A stretch of 64,000 nt of DNA from Oscarella lobularis (Eukaryota), in assembly GCF_947507565.1 (NCBI RefSeq), contig NC_089179.1:990681-1054680 (forward strand), in the 5' to 3' direction. The position numbers and the translations under genes are program-made. The notes under the pieces were generated by a model that made no database searches, had not been told where the DNA came from, and saw only the letters and a list, made by a program, of their open reading frames with translations. Positions 12,920-25,055 of this stretch are shown here, piece by piece (the stretch's first letter is position 1; each line of letters starts with the position of its first letter).

Positions 12920-14559
12920 ATGAACGTCTTCATCAAGCTTCTCTTCTTTGGTGCCTCAATTCTTTCTGTCAAAGGACAAGGCACTTATGTTTATCCAGAA
13001 TCAACGCGAAACGGTAACGAAAACTGGACCATCGTGCATTTACCGCTAATGTCTCTGTTTAATTGTCCAGTGGTAGCTGATTACGGCGTGCAGAACACTA
13101 TCAACAATCGCTACCTTTCAGAGCTGAACGCGTATGTCGCTTGGAAAAACGAAGCAAACGCTGCTCTCAAACCTCTTGAAGACACGGTCGTCTCTACTAA
13201 TGCCACCTATAGGGCGGCTATCGATGCGTACAAGGCCTCCTACGTAACATACGAAGCTGAGAAAACTGTGTGCACTAGAAAGGTCGACGAGTACATTCTG
13301 AATGAGTGCGTTCCGTGCATCGAACGGAAGTGCGAAGAGCGCGCCTACAACTGCCTGGACGATTTCAGCAAATTTCTTGTCGACACGCAAACTTTTTTCA
13401 CTGACAGCCTTCCCGATGCTTTCAAACCGGGCGTTGACGGCATAGAAAACTTCTTTACCTCGTCCATCCCATCGTTTGGCGGTACGTTCTTCGAAGGCAC
13501 CGTTGGCCTCGGCGTAACGATCGGCGAAGGCACCGTCGACCTCGGCAAAAAGATCGGCGGGGGCATCGTCGACTTCCACACAACGATCGGCGAAGGTGCC
13601 GTCGACGTCGGCGAAGACGTAGGCATAGCGATCGGCGAAGGCACCGTTGACCTTGGAAAAACGATCGGCGAAGGCACCGTCGACCTTGGAAAAACGATCG
13701 GCGAAGGCACCGTCGACCTTGGAAAAACGATCGGCGAAGGCACCGTTGACGTCGGAAAAACGATCGGCGAAGGCACCGTTGACGTCGGCAAAAAGATCGG
13801 CGAAGGCACCATTGACGTCGGCAAAAAGATCGGCGAAGGCACCGTCGACCTCGGCAAAAAGATCGGCGAGGGCCTCGGCGGTCTTCTTGGTCGTAAGCGT
13901 CGGGCCGTCCTGTTGGCGCGAATACGTCGCGACGAGGCCAATTGTAATGATTTGGAGAAGAACCCCACGGATGCGTGTCTGAAAGCCTATCAACATAGCT
14001 GCCCTTGCGAGGCCAACCTTGATACGCGTAAGTGCGCACAGAAGGAACTTCAGTAGGAATATGACTAAGATCTTCTTCTTCTTCCTTGCTAGTTTGCCCA
14101 GCTTATGTTGCGGCGAGAAACGACGTGCTTGCTAAGGAGAAAGAATACAACGAATCGCGTGACGCATACATTGCGGCGTACAATGCATATGCCGCCGCTG
14201 CCGACCCTATCCGGGCCGAACAGGCAACTAGACTAAAGAACTTCTGTTGGGGACAGGACTTCAGACGTCATTTCGGGAATGCTGAAACTAGTCGGTGGTG
14301 GAAAATTAACGAGGTAAGTTAGTAAATAGAATTTTGAGTTGAAGTAGCACTGAACGTCCAAAAACAGATGACTATCACTTGGTCTGCTACTGAGTACACC
14401 AACTTGGACTTGGTCTTGGAAATGGGCTCTCCTAGCCATCGCCGAACGGGAAGAATCGTCAGAAAGCCAGGAGACAAACCTACTACAGTTGGCGGCAACG
14501 CAGAGCTGTCCAACGTGGTCGTTGATTGGTTTCAGGAGCAGATAAAAGACACGTGCTAG
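12920..14559 (+). CDS. Secreted protein with a signal peptide, two clusterin-like Cys-pattern segments and about 11 tandem 11-aa repeats (GEGTVDLGKTI). Four exons.
   Basis: The signal peptide is MNVFIKLLFFGASILSVKGQ. The 33-bp nucleotide repeats at 13480-13870 are nearly perfect. Cys spacing is C-x9-C-x2-C-x4-C-x6-C. Donors GTAGGA (14057) and GTAAGT (14323) plus acceptors extend the ORF to a stop at 14559. Confidence 0.5.
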
Positions 14560-14954
14560 ATCCAGCACCCCATAGGAAGCGCTTGAAACTAGAAGCCTTC
14601 CTCTCTTGCTGTTTGCTGACTGTCCTGTTTGCATGGCTTGTCGTTTTCTTGTCTTCTTGTCTTTGTCTCGTCCGCGTTGTTCAAGCAAAAAAAACACATG
14701 CATTGAGAATGGGCTATAGATGGGAAGAGCAGCATAGTGAAACGAATACAGCCTTACCCTTCTAGTAGTTGTTTCTTCCAGCTGCAATTCATTAATTAAT
14801 AAGCACAATAACCTCCACCACGTCAGATATCTTCCTTTATTTTACTTTCCCCATACAGTGAGCAATATACAAAGAGTCCACTGCAACTGCACTCGCACAC
14901 AAAGATCTCACTAGAATAACACCGGAAAAAATGAAAGAATGATCGTAAACGAAT

Positions 14955-15850
14955 TCAGCCGGTCTACCTTTTTCTTTCCTGCGCCAACTTTGGCCTTCTT
15001 CGTCCCGCGCACTTTCTTCTGCCGATTCTTCTTTTCTTTCCTCTGCTTTCTAGACTTCTTAGTCTTCTCAATGTATCCTCTCTATAAAGATCACACAGTG
15101 TAGCATCTCTTTCCCCAATCAGCAACCAAATACTACTACTGTATAGAGGGAAGAAGAGCCATTTTAAAATCTACTCCCCTAGACACCCCCACAGCTCAAT
15201 AAGAGGAAACGGTGAGGTACTTTGTAGGGAGATTCTCAAGACAGGACATTTTTCTTACTCTGACGAGCCGATACTTGGGCTCGAATTTTTTCGCTACGTC
15301 TAGGCTGTCGTAGATCAAAGCGAATCCGCTGCTCTTTCCGCCGCCAAATGCCGTTCGGAATCCGAAGCAGAAGACGTTGTCCGGCGCCGTTTTGTACATC
15401 TTGCCCAATTTTTCGCGGACCTCCGTCTTGGGAACGTTCGCTTTGCCGGGATGGAGAATGTCGACGATCTGGGGGGAGGGGGGAGGAAAAGGATGGAGTG
15501 TAGCGTTCGGGATTGGGTGAAAAATCACGGGACATTAGGAAAGAGGTCCTAAATCTTTCACGCCACCCAGCCGAACGTTCGTTTATCTGCCTCTCTTGGA
15601 CGACCCCGCAGGTCAGCGACGTCCCGCGCCGTCGATGGCGCGAGTTTCGTCTCGAGCGGGGTGCTTTTGAAGGAGGGGGGACGAGGCGCGAGGACAACGC
15701 GCACGCGATCGACGCTTACCATCTGCTTTCGCTGAAGTAGACGGTTCGTCATGAACTTCCGCGTTCGAATTGTTGCCGTTCCTTCGCTCTGAGAGGGAAA
15801 ACGAACGATTAGCAAGTCGGATCGTCGGGATTCGACCAGATCTTTACCAT
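14955..15850 (-). CDS. RPS24: 40S ribosomal protein S24 (eS24), 4-5 exons.
   Basis: The spliced translation is M|[23 protein letters not shown]|[70 protein letters not shown]|[38 protein letters not shown], near-colinear with human RPS24. The ATG is immediately followed by GTAAAG. Confidence 0.85.
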
Positions 15851-15981
15851 GTTGGTCCGACGCTAATTGGAAGTATTTGCGCGTGCGCCGCGTAAGTATC
15901 ATATCTCCTTTTCACATTCCGCGACTGCCTGTTTCGCATCACACAGTGCAGCACTTCGTCCAGCGCATTTGACCAGAGAAC

Positions 15982-17624
15982 ATGGCAACGGACTACGTCT
16001 TCGACATTGTTCTGATGAACGGGCCCCCATGGGGATTCACAATGGCCGGCGGAAAAGATTTTCAGTCTCCGCTGCAAATCGCCCAGGTAGATGCAACGCG
16101 AATTCGTGCAACGTACACTAGAGAAAAATGTAGAAAAACTACGATACGACGTCGCTAGCGAACGCGCCACCGTACAGTAGCACAGTATCGTAGGTACTCC
16201 CACACACGTCTACGCGAGAGCACAAACGCGTACGATACAAACAGCGTGCACTCGTTTGTATCGTCTCGACGTTTGTGCTCTTCTTCGCACGCCTAGCGAC
16301 CGTGGACCACACAACGCTAGAGCGCCCACGACGTCTAATAATTAACGAAGCATCTCTGTGGAAATGTACGGAATTGTTTTCTGTGTGACGCTATCGGCGA
16401 AATAGTTGGCATACCGTCCAACTTTGTCGGTTTTTTCCCTCCTTCTGTCTGCCGTCATTTTTGTCAAGAAACTCGAGATCCGTATCTAAGAAACAGTGGA
16501 CGGTTGAAAATACGGTAGTACTCTATGATTTCTCTATGCTGCAGGTGTTGTCCGGAGGTCAAGCGGAAGATCAGCAGATAGTTGTCGGCGATCACATCTT
16601 GGAGATAAACGGCTCGGATACGATGGCATTGACTCAAGCTGAAGCTGAAAAGGAAATCTCATTAGCTGGGCAAACACTGATGCTCACATTAGCGCGAGAC
16701 ATGGCAGGTGGCAATCAGCCAAGAGTCCAGTATGAGATGAAAGCGCACAGAGAGTATCGTCCACCCGTCCAAGAAGACCCGGAAGCCGATCCAGATAGGA
16801 TTGCACTTCCTGGTCTGGCCGCCGCCGCCACCAGACTCTCGTTGTCGCCGTCGCGCGAAGACGGATCCGAAGAAGGAGACGGCATCATTCAAGGTCGGAC
16901 ATTTAAGTTGCTTCAAAAGGCTACGGAGAGCCCCGATGGACCGTCGTGGCCGTCGAAACTCGCCGGCGAAACGACGTCGTCGCCCGTCGCCGGTGCCGGC
17001 CACCTACGCAAGGCCGTCATTCAAATGAAGCCGATTGGTACCGAGCAGACGACGATTCTCATGTCGTCGCCGACGGAAAGTAAACTACCGCCGGTGACGA
17101 AGCCTGAGACGCCGACGGAAAGTAAGGTTCCGCCGGTGACGAAGTCTGAGACGCCGAAGGCGAAGGCACCGCCGGCGAGACGAACGAGCGAGGTGGAAAT
17201 CATTTGCAAGTCGCCGACGTCCAGTCAGGGAGTCGGCTCATTTACGGTTGCTACGAAAGCGAAAGGCCCCGCTGCAGCTCCGACCAGCCCGCCAGCCGTG
17301 ACAACGACAACAACGACGACGACTGTCACGGTGGTGAGATCGACGGCGTCCGTTGTTTCGACTCACGCGCCGAGCGGCAGCAGCACTTCTAGTCCTGCAA
17401 AAGGCGAAAGTGGCAGCGGTAATTTGCGCAGGACAACGAGAAATACGTCTGTGAGCGAAGAAGCGTCGCCGTGGTTGGGAGGGAAGCAGGAAAATGTTGA
17501 GAAGTCGCCGAGTCCTCAGATCAACGACGACGATGACGACGACGACGACGACGACGACGACATTCAGGCTATCCGTCAGTCGCGCACATTTCGCAAGCTC
17601 GCCCAAGCAACAAAGAAGAAGTGA
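15982..17624 (+). CDS. PDZ-domain protein of the PDLIM/ALP type with a long disordered Thr/Pro-rich tail and a 12-Asp run. No LIM domain is visible in this window.
   Basis: Exon 1 reads MATDYVFDIVLMNGPPWGFTMAGGKDFQSPLQIAQ (PWGF...GGKDF is the PDLIM PDZ start). After a 450-bp intron the exon continues VLSGGQAEDQQIVVGDHILEINGSDTMALTQAEAEKEI...LTLAR, completing the PDZ fold. The ORF runs to a stop at 17624. Confidence 0.65.
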
Positions 17625-17736
17625 ACAGGATTGCGAGACGCTGTGTAGTAGTACTAGAATTATTATTACCTCTTTGACGATAAAATTTTTGCTGTGTCGA
17701 TTGGACCCTTTTTGTCTCTTGCAACGAAGCTCCTTC

Positions 17737-19062
17737 CTAGGCGTCTCGTTCCTGTTGTTGGCGAGCGAATTCTCTCGCCGCCTTCTTTGCCCGCTGTCTC
17801 TTCCGTCGCTGGTGCCCGCGCGACGCGAGATGAACCGTCCATTCGTGATCGCCGTGCACGACGCGTCCGTCGCATATATCGCACACGTGCTTCGTCCACG
17901 TCTCGGGCGCGTTTTCGAGTCGATCGAGCGGGGCGACGGGAGGATCTTCGCCCGACGATTTCGCGACTAAAACATCGATCGCTCGACTCAAAACAACGCG
18001 ATCCCACTCGCCGACATTCGACGTATCCAATCCGAAAACGTCCGGTGCCGCCTGGCCTCGTCGCCTCAAGAAACGATTGCGTATCCACGTCGTTTGCTTG
18101 CGAGCGTAACTCTTCGTCGCACTCTTCAATTTCTCCGCGCACGCTTCGAACATGGCCTCGCTCTCCCTCCCGTCGTCGACGCAAGTCAAATACGGCACAA
18201 ATTCCTTGTACCCAATCGCTTGAAATATTCCCTTTGTGCGTTCCGCCAGCGGCTGATTCGCCGATTCCCTATGCAACCAGTGCAATTCGTCTCTCAAGCC
18301 GCCGCGTATCATCTCATCGACCCGAGCGTCCAATCTGGGATCAAGGACGCTGTAGTCGCACTGCAACCAAAATACGGTTGCGTCGGGAAAGCGCATTCCG
18401 CCGCCTTGCGCTCCGCCGCCCGCCTCCTTTCTCTGCTCGGCCAAAATGTCGCTGTGCGGTCGACCGCACTGGGCGTGTACTTCCAAACTCCGTCGAATTC
18501 GTCGAACGTCGTTCGGATGCAGTCTCGCCGCTCGATCAGGATCGATTTCTTTCAATTTAGCGTAAATTTCGTCGTCCGGAAGTCGAGTCAGCCAATCAAA
18601 TTGCTCCGAGGCCTCCTCACGTGAAGCCTCCTTACGGCAATCTACCAAAATATTCCATAGCAGCGATTCGATGTAATAGTTCGTTCCGCCGACGACGATC
18701 GGCAATTTTCCGTCGTCGCGCAGACGATCGATGAGCGGGAGCGCGGCGTCGCGAAATTCGACGACCGAGTACTCGTGAAACGGCGGCACGGAGCCGACGA
18801 AGTGATGGCGACACTGTCGACGTTCGCTCGGCGTCACTTTGTTCGTTACGACGTCGAGACCGGCGTAGATCTGCATCGAATCGGCGCTTATTATTTCGCC
18901 GTCGAAGCGACGAGCCAACTCAATGGCGAGCTTGGACTTTCCGACGCCGGTGCAGCCCAAGATGACGACGAGAGGAATCTTTCTGAGAGTAGCCAGATCT
19001 CTGTCTAACGCACGGTAACCCAAGTGAATGTACACTGACACACCGACTACAGGGATGCACAC
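17737..19062 (-). CDS. TRIT1: tRNA dimethylallyl (isopentenyl) transferase with a C-terminal C2H2 zinc finger.
   Basis: P-loop LVVILGCTGVGKSKLAIELARRFDGEIISADSMQIYAGLDVVTNK, conserved core motifs, and C-terminal CDICDGRVVHGDHEWTVHLASRGH. One intronless 441-aa ORF. Confidence 0.9.
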   Translation of the reverse strand: MCIPVVGVSVYIHLGYRALDRDLATLRKIPLVVILGCTGVGKSKLAIELARRFDGEIISADSMQIYAGLDVVTNKVTPSERRQCRHHFVGSVPPFHEYSVVEFRDAALPLIDRLRDDGKLPIVVGGTNYYIESLLWNILVDCRKEASREEASEQFDWLTRLPDDEIYAKLKEIDPDRAARLHPNDVRRIRRSLEVHAQCGRPHSDILAEQRKEAGGGAQGGGMRFPDATVFWLQCDYSVLDPRLDARVDEMIRGGLRDELHWLHRESANQPLAERTKGIFQAIGYKEFVPYLTCVDDGRESEAMFEACAEKLKSATKSYARKQTTWIRNRFLRRRGQAAPDVFGLDTSNVGEWDRVVLSRAIDVLVAKSSGEDPPVAPLDRLENAPETWTKHVCDICDGRVVHGDHEWTVHLASRGHQRRKRQRAKKAAREFARQQQERDA

Positions 19063-19112
19063 ATACGTAATAGAAAGGTGCCGTCAGAACAATAAATATT
19101 CGGCAAAAAATC

Positions 19113-20894
19113 AAACGTCAACGTTGAGCTTTTTTGGCGTTTCCCACATAAATTGATCTCTGCCAAAGTGACCGTATTTCGCTGTTTCTTTATAAACCGC
19201 TTTTGTCAAATTCAAAGATCTAATAGAAAAATAAGTTTTGACCCTGTTCTTAATTAACATTCTACGCCATACTTCATAATAGCTCCCGGTCTCAAATCAA
19301 AGTTCTTCTTAATGATCTTCAGCAAAGTTTTGTCATCGCCCGTGCCGTAAGAGTTGACATGTATAGAGAGGGGTTCAGCAATTCCAATTGCATAGGAAAC
19401 CTGCCGGCATCAACTGACTCCATCCAAATACTCTGAACTTTTCTCGTTCACCTGCACAAGGACTCTTCTGCACAGCTTAGCAGCAACCAGTGATTTGGCC
19501 ACCCAGCGAGCAGCATAAGCTCCCGAACGATCGACCTATAAAAATTGCAATACACTGTGCTTACTGCTACAATCCCATCCTTTATATTTCACCTTTGTCG
19601 GATCTTTTCCAGAGAAAGCTCCGCCACCGTGAGCTCCCCATCCACCGTATGTGTCAACTATGATCTTCCTTCCAGTCAATCCAGCATCTCCCTGAATAGA
19701 AGAAGCAGAGTCTGATATCTCTATTTGGTATCGTATTTGGCATGCCTGTGGGCCTCCGATGATAAAACGGCCAGATGGCTGTAAATGGTATATAGTCTTG
19801 TCGTCTAGATACTTGCTAGGAACCACAGGCTACATATGTGCACAAGTCATAGAATCAATTCGATCTGCATTGGCTTTAGATGTGTTCCACCTTTATCACG
19901 TGCTCTTTCAAGTCCTTTTGCATTTGTTCAGTTGAAATCTCAGGCGAGTGCTGCACGGAAATTACAATTGTGTGAACTCGAATAGGAACAACAGCTCCGC
20001 TATCGGCCTTGTACTCAATTGTGACCTAACGTGAATCGTGTCACATAGGCCAACTTCTATCTTGATTGAATAACCTGAGTCTTTGAATCGGGACGAAGCC
20101 AATTCAACTTGCCACTTCTACGCAATTCGCTCATTCGATAGTTCATCTTATGAGCCAAGATGATAGTCAATGGCATGTAGTCCTCGTTTTCATCAGTAGC
20201 ATAACCAAACATAAGCCCCTGAGACCCCTCAATTAGAAGTACACAGAAAAACAAAAGAAGATAACCTGATCTCCAGCTCCAACATCTTCATCTATCCTAC
20301 CCTCGTGGACACCTTGTGCTATGTCCGGACTCTGCTGTTCGATAGCAACAAGAACGTTGCACGTCTTGTAATCGAATCCTGCACTCGGTCACATTCCAAT
20401 TAGCTTATTATTATTAATTTATTCATGCTTGACCTTTGCTTGAATCGTCGAAGCCTATTTCTTTAACCGTTTCGCGAACGATTCGTTGATAGTCGATGTT
20501 TCCCTTCGTCGTTATTTCGCCGAGTACCATTATCATGCCCGTTTTTGTTGCCGTTTCTGTCGAAAAACGAGAGCCACGTGAAATAGCCGGTCACTGCCCC
20601 TCCCACTCGCGTCCGGAGACAAAAAACTAGTGCTGTAGCATGTCTTTGTAGCTTCGTACCGCACGCAACTTTGGAGAGAGGATCGCTTCGAAGGCATTCG
20701 TCCAATATGGCGTCGGAAATCTGATCGCACATCTTGTCTTCAAATTTTTCCCAAAAAAAACAAGACGTCGCGAATAGGCACCTAAGATGTCGTCTTAAAC
20801 TCACCGGGATGACCTTCTCCGACCGATTCAGACGTAAAAAGAAACGTGTCATTGCTAGAAGCCGACATTTCGATCCTGCGCCTGCGTAGACTCG
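19113..20894 (-). CDS. MAT: S-adenosylmethionine synthetase (methionine adenosyltransferase), about 7 exons.
   Basis: Exons give [13 protein letters not shown]|[13 protein letters not shown]..., [156 protein letters not shown] and ...[25 protein letters not shown], followed by a stop. Confidence 0.9.
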
Positions 20895-21028
20895 CCTGCG
20901 TATCCTCGTGACGCTCGTGACCACAGTTTAACGTGCGTTCTCGCCCTTCTACGCGAGTCCACGACGATCGACCCTTGTCATGGTATCCTCTCTCTGATCG
21001 CCTCGAAACAGCGAGTGAACCGTCAGCG

Positions 21029-22032
21029 ATGAGTTTTTGGTTGTAAGTATACCCGTCGTCTCCCCCGCCCAATCCCCCCGTCCGCATATCGTCTCGCGAT
21101 CGAAAAAACGCGACAAAACGAATCCGCTCCCAACCGTCCCGTTTCCCTCGCGTCGCAGCGCCAAATCGGCGAAGACATTCAAGCCGAAAAAGAACATTCC
21201 GGAAGGAACGCACCAGTACGATCTGATGAAACACGCCGCGGCGACGCTGGGCAGCGGCAATCTTCGTCTCGCCGTCATGCTTCCAGAAGGCGAGGACCTA
21301 AACGAGTGGATCGCAGTCAATAGTGAGAAAAAGGAGGGCGCCCTTCGTCGTCAAAAGAGAGGGGGGCGCGGTCTATTTATATTTACTCTCCTTTCGGTTT
21401 TTCTTCTAGCCGTCGACTTTTTCAATCAGATCAATATGCTTTACGGCACGATAACGGAGTTTTGTACGCCGGAAAATTGCCCAGTCATGTCGGCCGGACC
21501 CAAGTGAGGAGTCGAACTTTTCTTCCGGTTGTGATGACGACTGTATGGCGACTTCCTCCTCTTAGATACGAGTATCATTGGGCCGACGGAAAGACGGTGA
21601 AAAAGCCGATCAAATGTTCGGCGCCCAAATACGTCGATTACCTCATGAATTGGGTGCAGGAACAGCTCGACGACGAGACGATGTTTCCGTCCAAAGTCGG
21701 TAAGAAGAAAGAAAACGAATAATAAGCGTTTTTTGTTTAATTAATTAAAAATCTTACCTAACCGAACCTTTTTCTTTTTAGGTATTCGTTTTCCGAAAGA
21801 CTTTCTTCAGAGCGCCAAAGTGATTTTGAAGCGACTATTTCGCGTTTACGCGCACGTTTATCACCAGCACTTTCCCCACATTGTCAGTCTCGGCGAGGAG
21901 GCTCATCTCAACACGTCCTTCAAGCACTTCATCTACTTCGTACAGGAATTCGGTCTGATTGAAAAACGCGAGCTTGCCCCACTTCAGGATCTCATCGACA
22001 GGCTGACGAACAAAGACTCTAGCCGTTCATGA
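21029..22032 (+). CDS. MOB1: MOB kinase activator 1 (Mps-one-binder), 5 exons.
   Basis: KTFKPKKNIPEGTHQYDLMKHAAATLGSGNLRLAVMLPEGEDLNEWIAVN|TVDFFNQINMLYGTITEFCTPENCPVMSAGP|KYEYHWADGKTVKKPIKCSAPKYVDYLMNWVQEQLDDETMFPSKVG|VFPKDFLQSAKVILKRLFRVYAHVYHQHF...APLQDLIDRLT is near-identical to MOB1A/B. Confidence 0.9.
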
Positions 22033-22237
22033 TGTGTGATGTTTTAGTTGCCTCGGTCAAGTATGCGTATGGGGTGCTGCCTCTCCCCCATATATCTATG
22101 TACTGTAGAGACGCAGAGTGAATAAATTTTTATTGAACCAAACCCCTTGTTTAATTAGCACTCACACGTTCAGTCGCGCCGCATTGGAAAATGAGCTAGT
22201 AGTAATTACGGATAGACGAAACGTGATCATCTCAGTT

Positions 22238-23200
22238 ATCGTTTTCGTTTTCATCGGCTTGAGCCGCTTGACCTTGTCCAGCATTATTATTACCCCAAAG
22301 GAATCCGCCTGGTCGTTCGTCTTCATTCACGTCCGCCCCTACGTCCTCGTCATTTTCAACGGGATCCAACAACGTTTTTCTATATGAATAGTGAAATTTT
22401 CTTGAGTACGCATAATAGATCAAAGCAAATTTACAAGAATTGGGGCGTTCGCAGCAATCTAAGGCCTCCTTGCCGAGTAGGAAAAACGTCTTCCAAAAAA
22501 TAATACGTATGGCCAACGACAATTCCTTAATTAAATATTAATCAAACAACATCTACACCCATCCTCTTCATCTCTTATACCTAGTACGTCAACGGTGATG
22601 GAGTTTCCAAGGAGAAGAGAAAAGCCAAGCAAAACCCAGGGAAGATAGGGCGCTTGAAATGTGAAAAATCCAAAAAAGCTCATACGAACGTACGGATTGC
22701 GTCGACTCCAAACGTACACAAGCATTATAGTAAACGCCTGTCCAAGGAAGACTATATCGACAAAGAGACCAACTGCCTTAGAAAGAGAGAAAAGAGAAAT
22801 AGAGTCACTAAATAGAACGAAGGAATATCAAATTACTGTCAATATGAGTCCTCCAAAGAAAAACATGAAAAAGAAGTCGGCTGTTCGTCCTCGAAAGGAG
22901 CCCTCTTCGAGCATTCGGCAATATCGATAACTGGGACCGGAGGCGAGATTTAGCCACATTTGCTAGAAGGAAACATCTCCTCACGTGAATATCATATTGA
23001 AGAAGAAGTTGAATCCGATTGGACCAAAAAAGAGAAAATTAGTAACAAGCCTCCAAACCTGACAAAAATTATTAGGATCGGTTCTATCTCGCTAGCTTTG
23101 TCTCGCCTCATAGCGTTTGAATATTAGAGTGGGATTGAAGTAGAGTTGAAACGGCGTCACGATGTCTAGTTGCTTTAGAAACGTTGCGTTAGTCGTTTTC
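22238..23200 (-). CDS. DERL: Derlin (ER-associated degradation membrane protein, Der1-like). The 5' end is approximate.
   Basis: [49 protein letters not shown]|...[12 protein letters not shown]...|[29 protein letters not shown] matches derlin-2/3 ([13 protein letters not shown]...[20 protein letters not shown]...ERPGGFAWG). Confidence 0.75.
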
Positions 23201-23529
23201 GGCTCGAAGAGGGAAATGGGCTCGAATTTCTCACCACGGCTAGCGTCGTGAGTACACACGACGTCGTATAAGCTCTCGTTATTGCGGGAATTTGGGCAAA
23301 TTCCTGCTGGAAGGACTGGTACGCCATTCTTTCGGTGACGTGGCTATGGAGACGTGCGCTAGACAGGAGATGTTGACTTGATACGCTTTGTTAGCGACAG
23401 GCAATCGGTAGTCTTATGAATTAAACGGTATTCAGTCGGCTAGCTGACGTTTTGCGCATTCCAACGTGTTTTGAAGTAGCATTGCAATTGTCATGGGGCC
23501 AACGCCTTAATTAAATAATTAATTAAATA

Positions 23530-24700
23530 AACAAATTCAGCTATTTCTTCTATATTCACCTTTTGGAACTGGAGTGATCCAAGACGCAACTGGCTTACAG
23601 CTCTCATAATCAACATCCCCAACCAAACGATAGCCCTTTGACTTAGTAGCATCTAGAGAAAACATTCATTTGATTTTACAACGTACTCCTTTCTGACCCT
23701 TTATGTCGTTAATGCCACAGTCGATTACAATAGCTCCAGGTTTCAGCCAGTCTCCCTAAAACGAATATTAGCAATTTCATCATGACGTGATATTTTTTTG
23801 TTTACTTTGACCATCTGAGGCTGTCTGGCCGCAACAACAATAATATCAGCTCTTCTAACCTAAATGAAGAAATGAAGAAGAAGAGCTAGATAGACAAGAT
23901 CTTACACTGACCATATCCTGCATGTCTTTCGTTTTGGAATGACACACGGTGACCGTGGCATTTCTGTTCTGAAGCAAGTCTCTCATAGGGGATCCCACGA
24001 TTTTGCTGCGTCCAATGACAACAGCATTTGAGCCAGCAATATCAGTACCTACAAAGTACAGAAACGCGTTTGCCGTTGATAGTACATAGTCACAGCAATA
24101 GTATTCAGTAAATAACACTGCTGCATTATCTGTACCTGTTCTCTCGATTAGTTCCAAACAACCACGAGGCGTACAAGGAATGACCGTTCCTCCCATTTCA
24201 CCACGAGCTAGCCTGCCTGAGTTGACAGCTGTCAGGCTAAAGGAGAAGAGCAACGCTTGTAGAGAAGACTAACAGAGGTGATGATGATGATGATTCTACT
24301 GTACCCATCAACGTCTTTCTGAGGATGAATCCTGTTGATGCAATAATCAGTGTCTACACTTTGCAATACATCCAATGGCAACTGTTTAGCATCCGATTGC
24401 GTTCACGGTCTGATGCAATGATATACACTGTGTACCTGCAAGAGTATTCCATTCACGTCATTGCGTCTGTTCAGTTCGTCAATGGCGTCCACCACTTCAG
24501 CCTCCCCCACTGCATTTGGCAATTTAATAGAACGCGTTTCCATGCCAATCTGTATCAAACACAAAGTAGAATTAATGAATGAATGAAAAGCAGAGCCAAT
24601 CTTTAGTTCCTGACTTCGGCAGCTGCTTTGAGCTTGTTTCGAACGTACACGTTCGAATCTTCTCTGTGACCAACCTTCACATGTCAATGACTCCATAGAA
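23530..24700 (-). CDS. MTHFD: Methylenetetrahydrofolate dehydrogenase/cyclohydrolase (FolD/MTHFD-type).
   Basis: Exons give [13 protein letters not shown]|[92 protein letters not shown], and downstream ...[13 protein letters not shown]...GDVDY... motifs. Confidence 0.7.
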
Positions 24701-25055
24701 TTGCGACTGTATTGATTTTACAAAAATTTGACGTCACCTGAATAACTGCGAGGCAGGGCCCGAATTTCGAGTCCGTTTTTGACTTTAGATCAGATATTTC
24801 CTTCTTCAAGTTCTTCCTTATCGAACTAAGCACAGGAAGTTCGATTGATTGATCTTCGACTTGCTCGCCACCTGGCTATTGCTTTTCCATCCAAAATTTG
24901 CCCGCGCGAATCACTAAACGGTCGTTGCCGTTGCCGTAGCAGCGCAATGCAGCGCGACGTGACGCTGAGAAGTCGTTTCGCCATTGCCTCTTCGCGTTCA
25001 ACGTGCGCTAACGCTTCCTGAGCTACTGTGTTGCTTTGCTCTTTGCTAGCGGCCG

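Noticed and set aside
13118-14039. Three long minus-strand ORFs (292, 207 and 194 aa) and a plus-strand 111-aa ORF overlapping 13.1-14.0 kb.
   Set aside because: They are antisense or alternative-frame readings of the 33-bp coding tandem repeat of the secreted protein. The low-complexity products (PSPIVFP..., RRCLRRSF...) are repeat artefacts.
17238-18624. ORFs on the strand opposite to, or out of frame with, TRIT1 and the PDZ gene tail (17238-17606 minus, 17694-18560 plus, 18094-18624 plus, 17666-18184 minus).
   Set aside because: They overlap well-supported CDS (TRIT1 and the PDZ protein), have Arg/Ser-rich low-complexity translations typical of GC-rich antisense frames, and have no homology.
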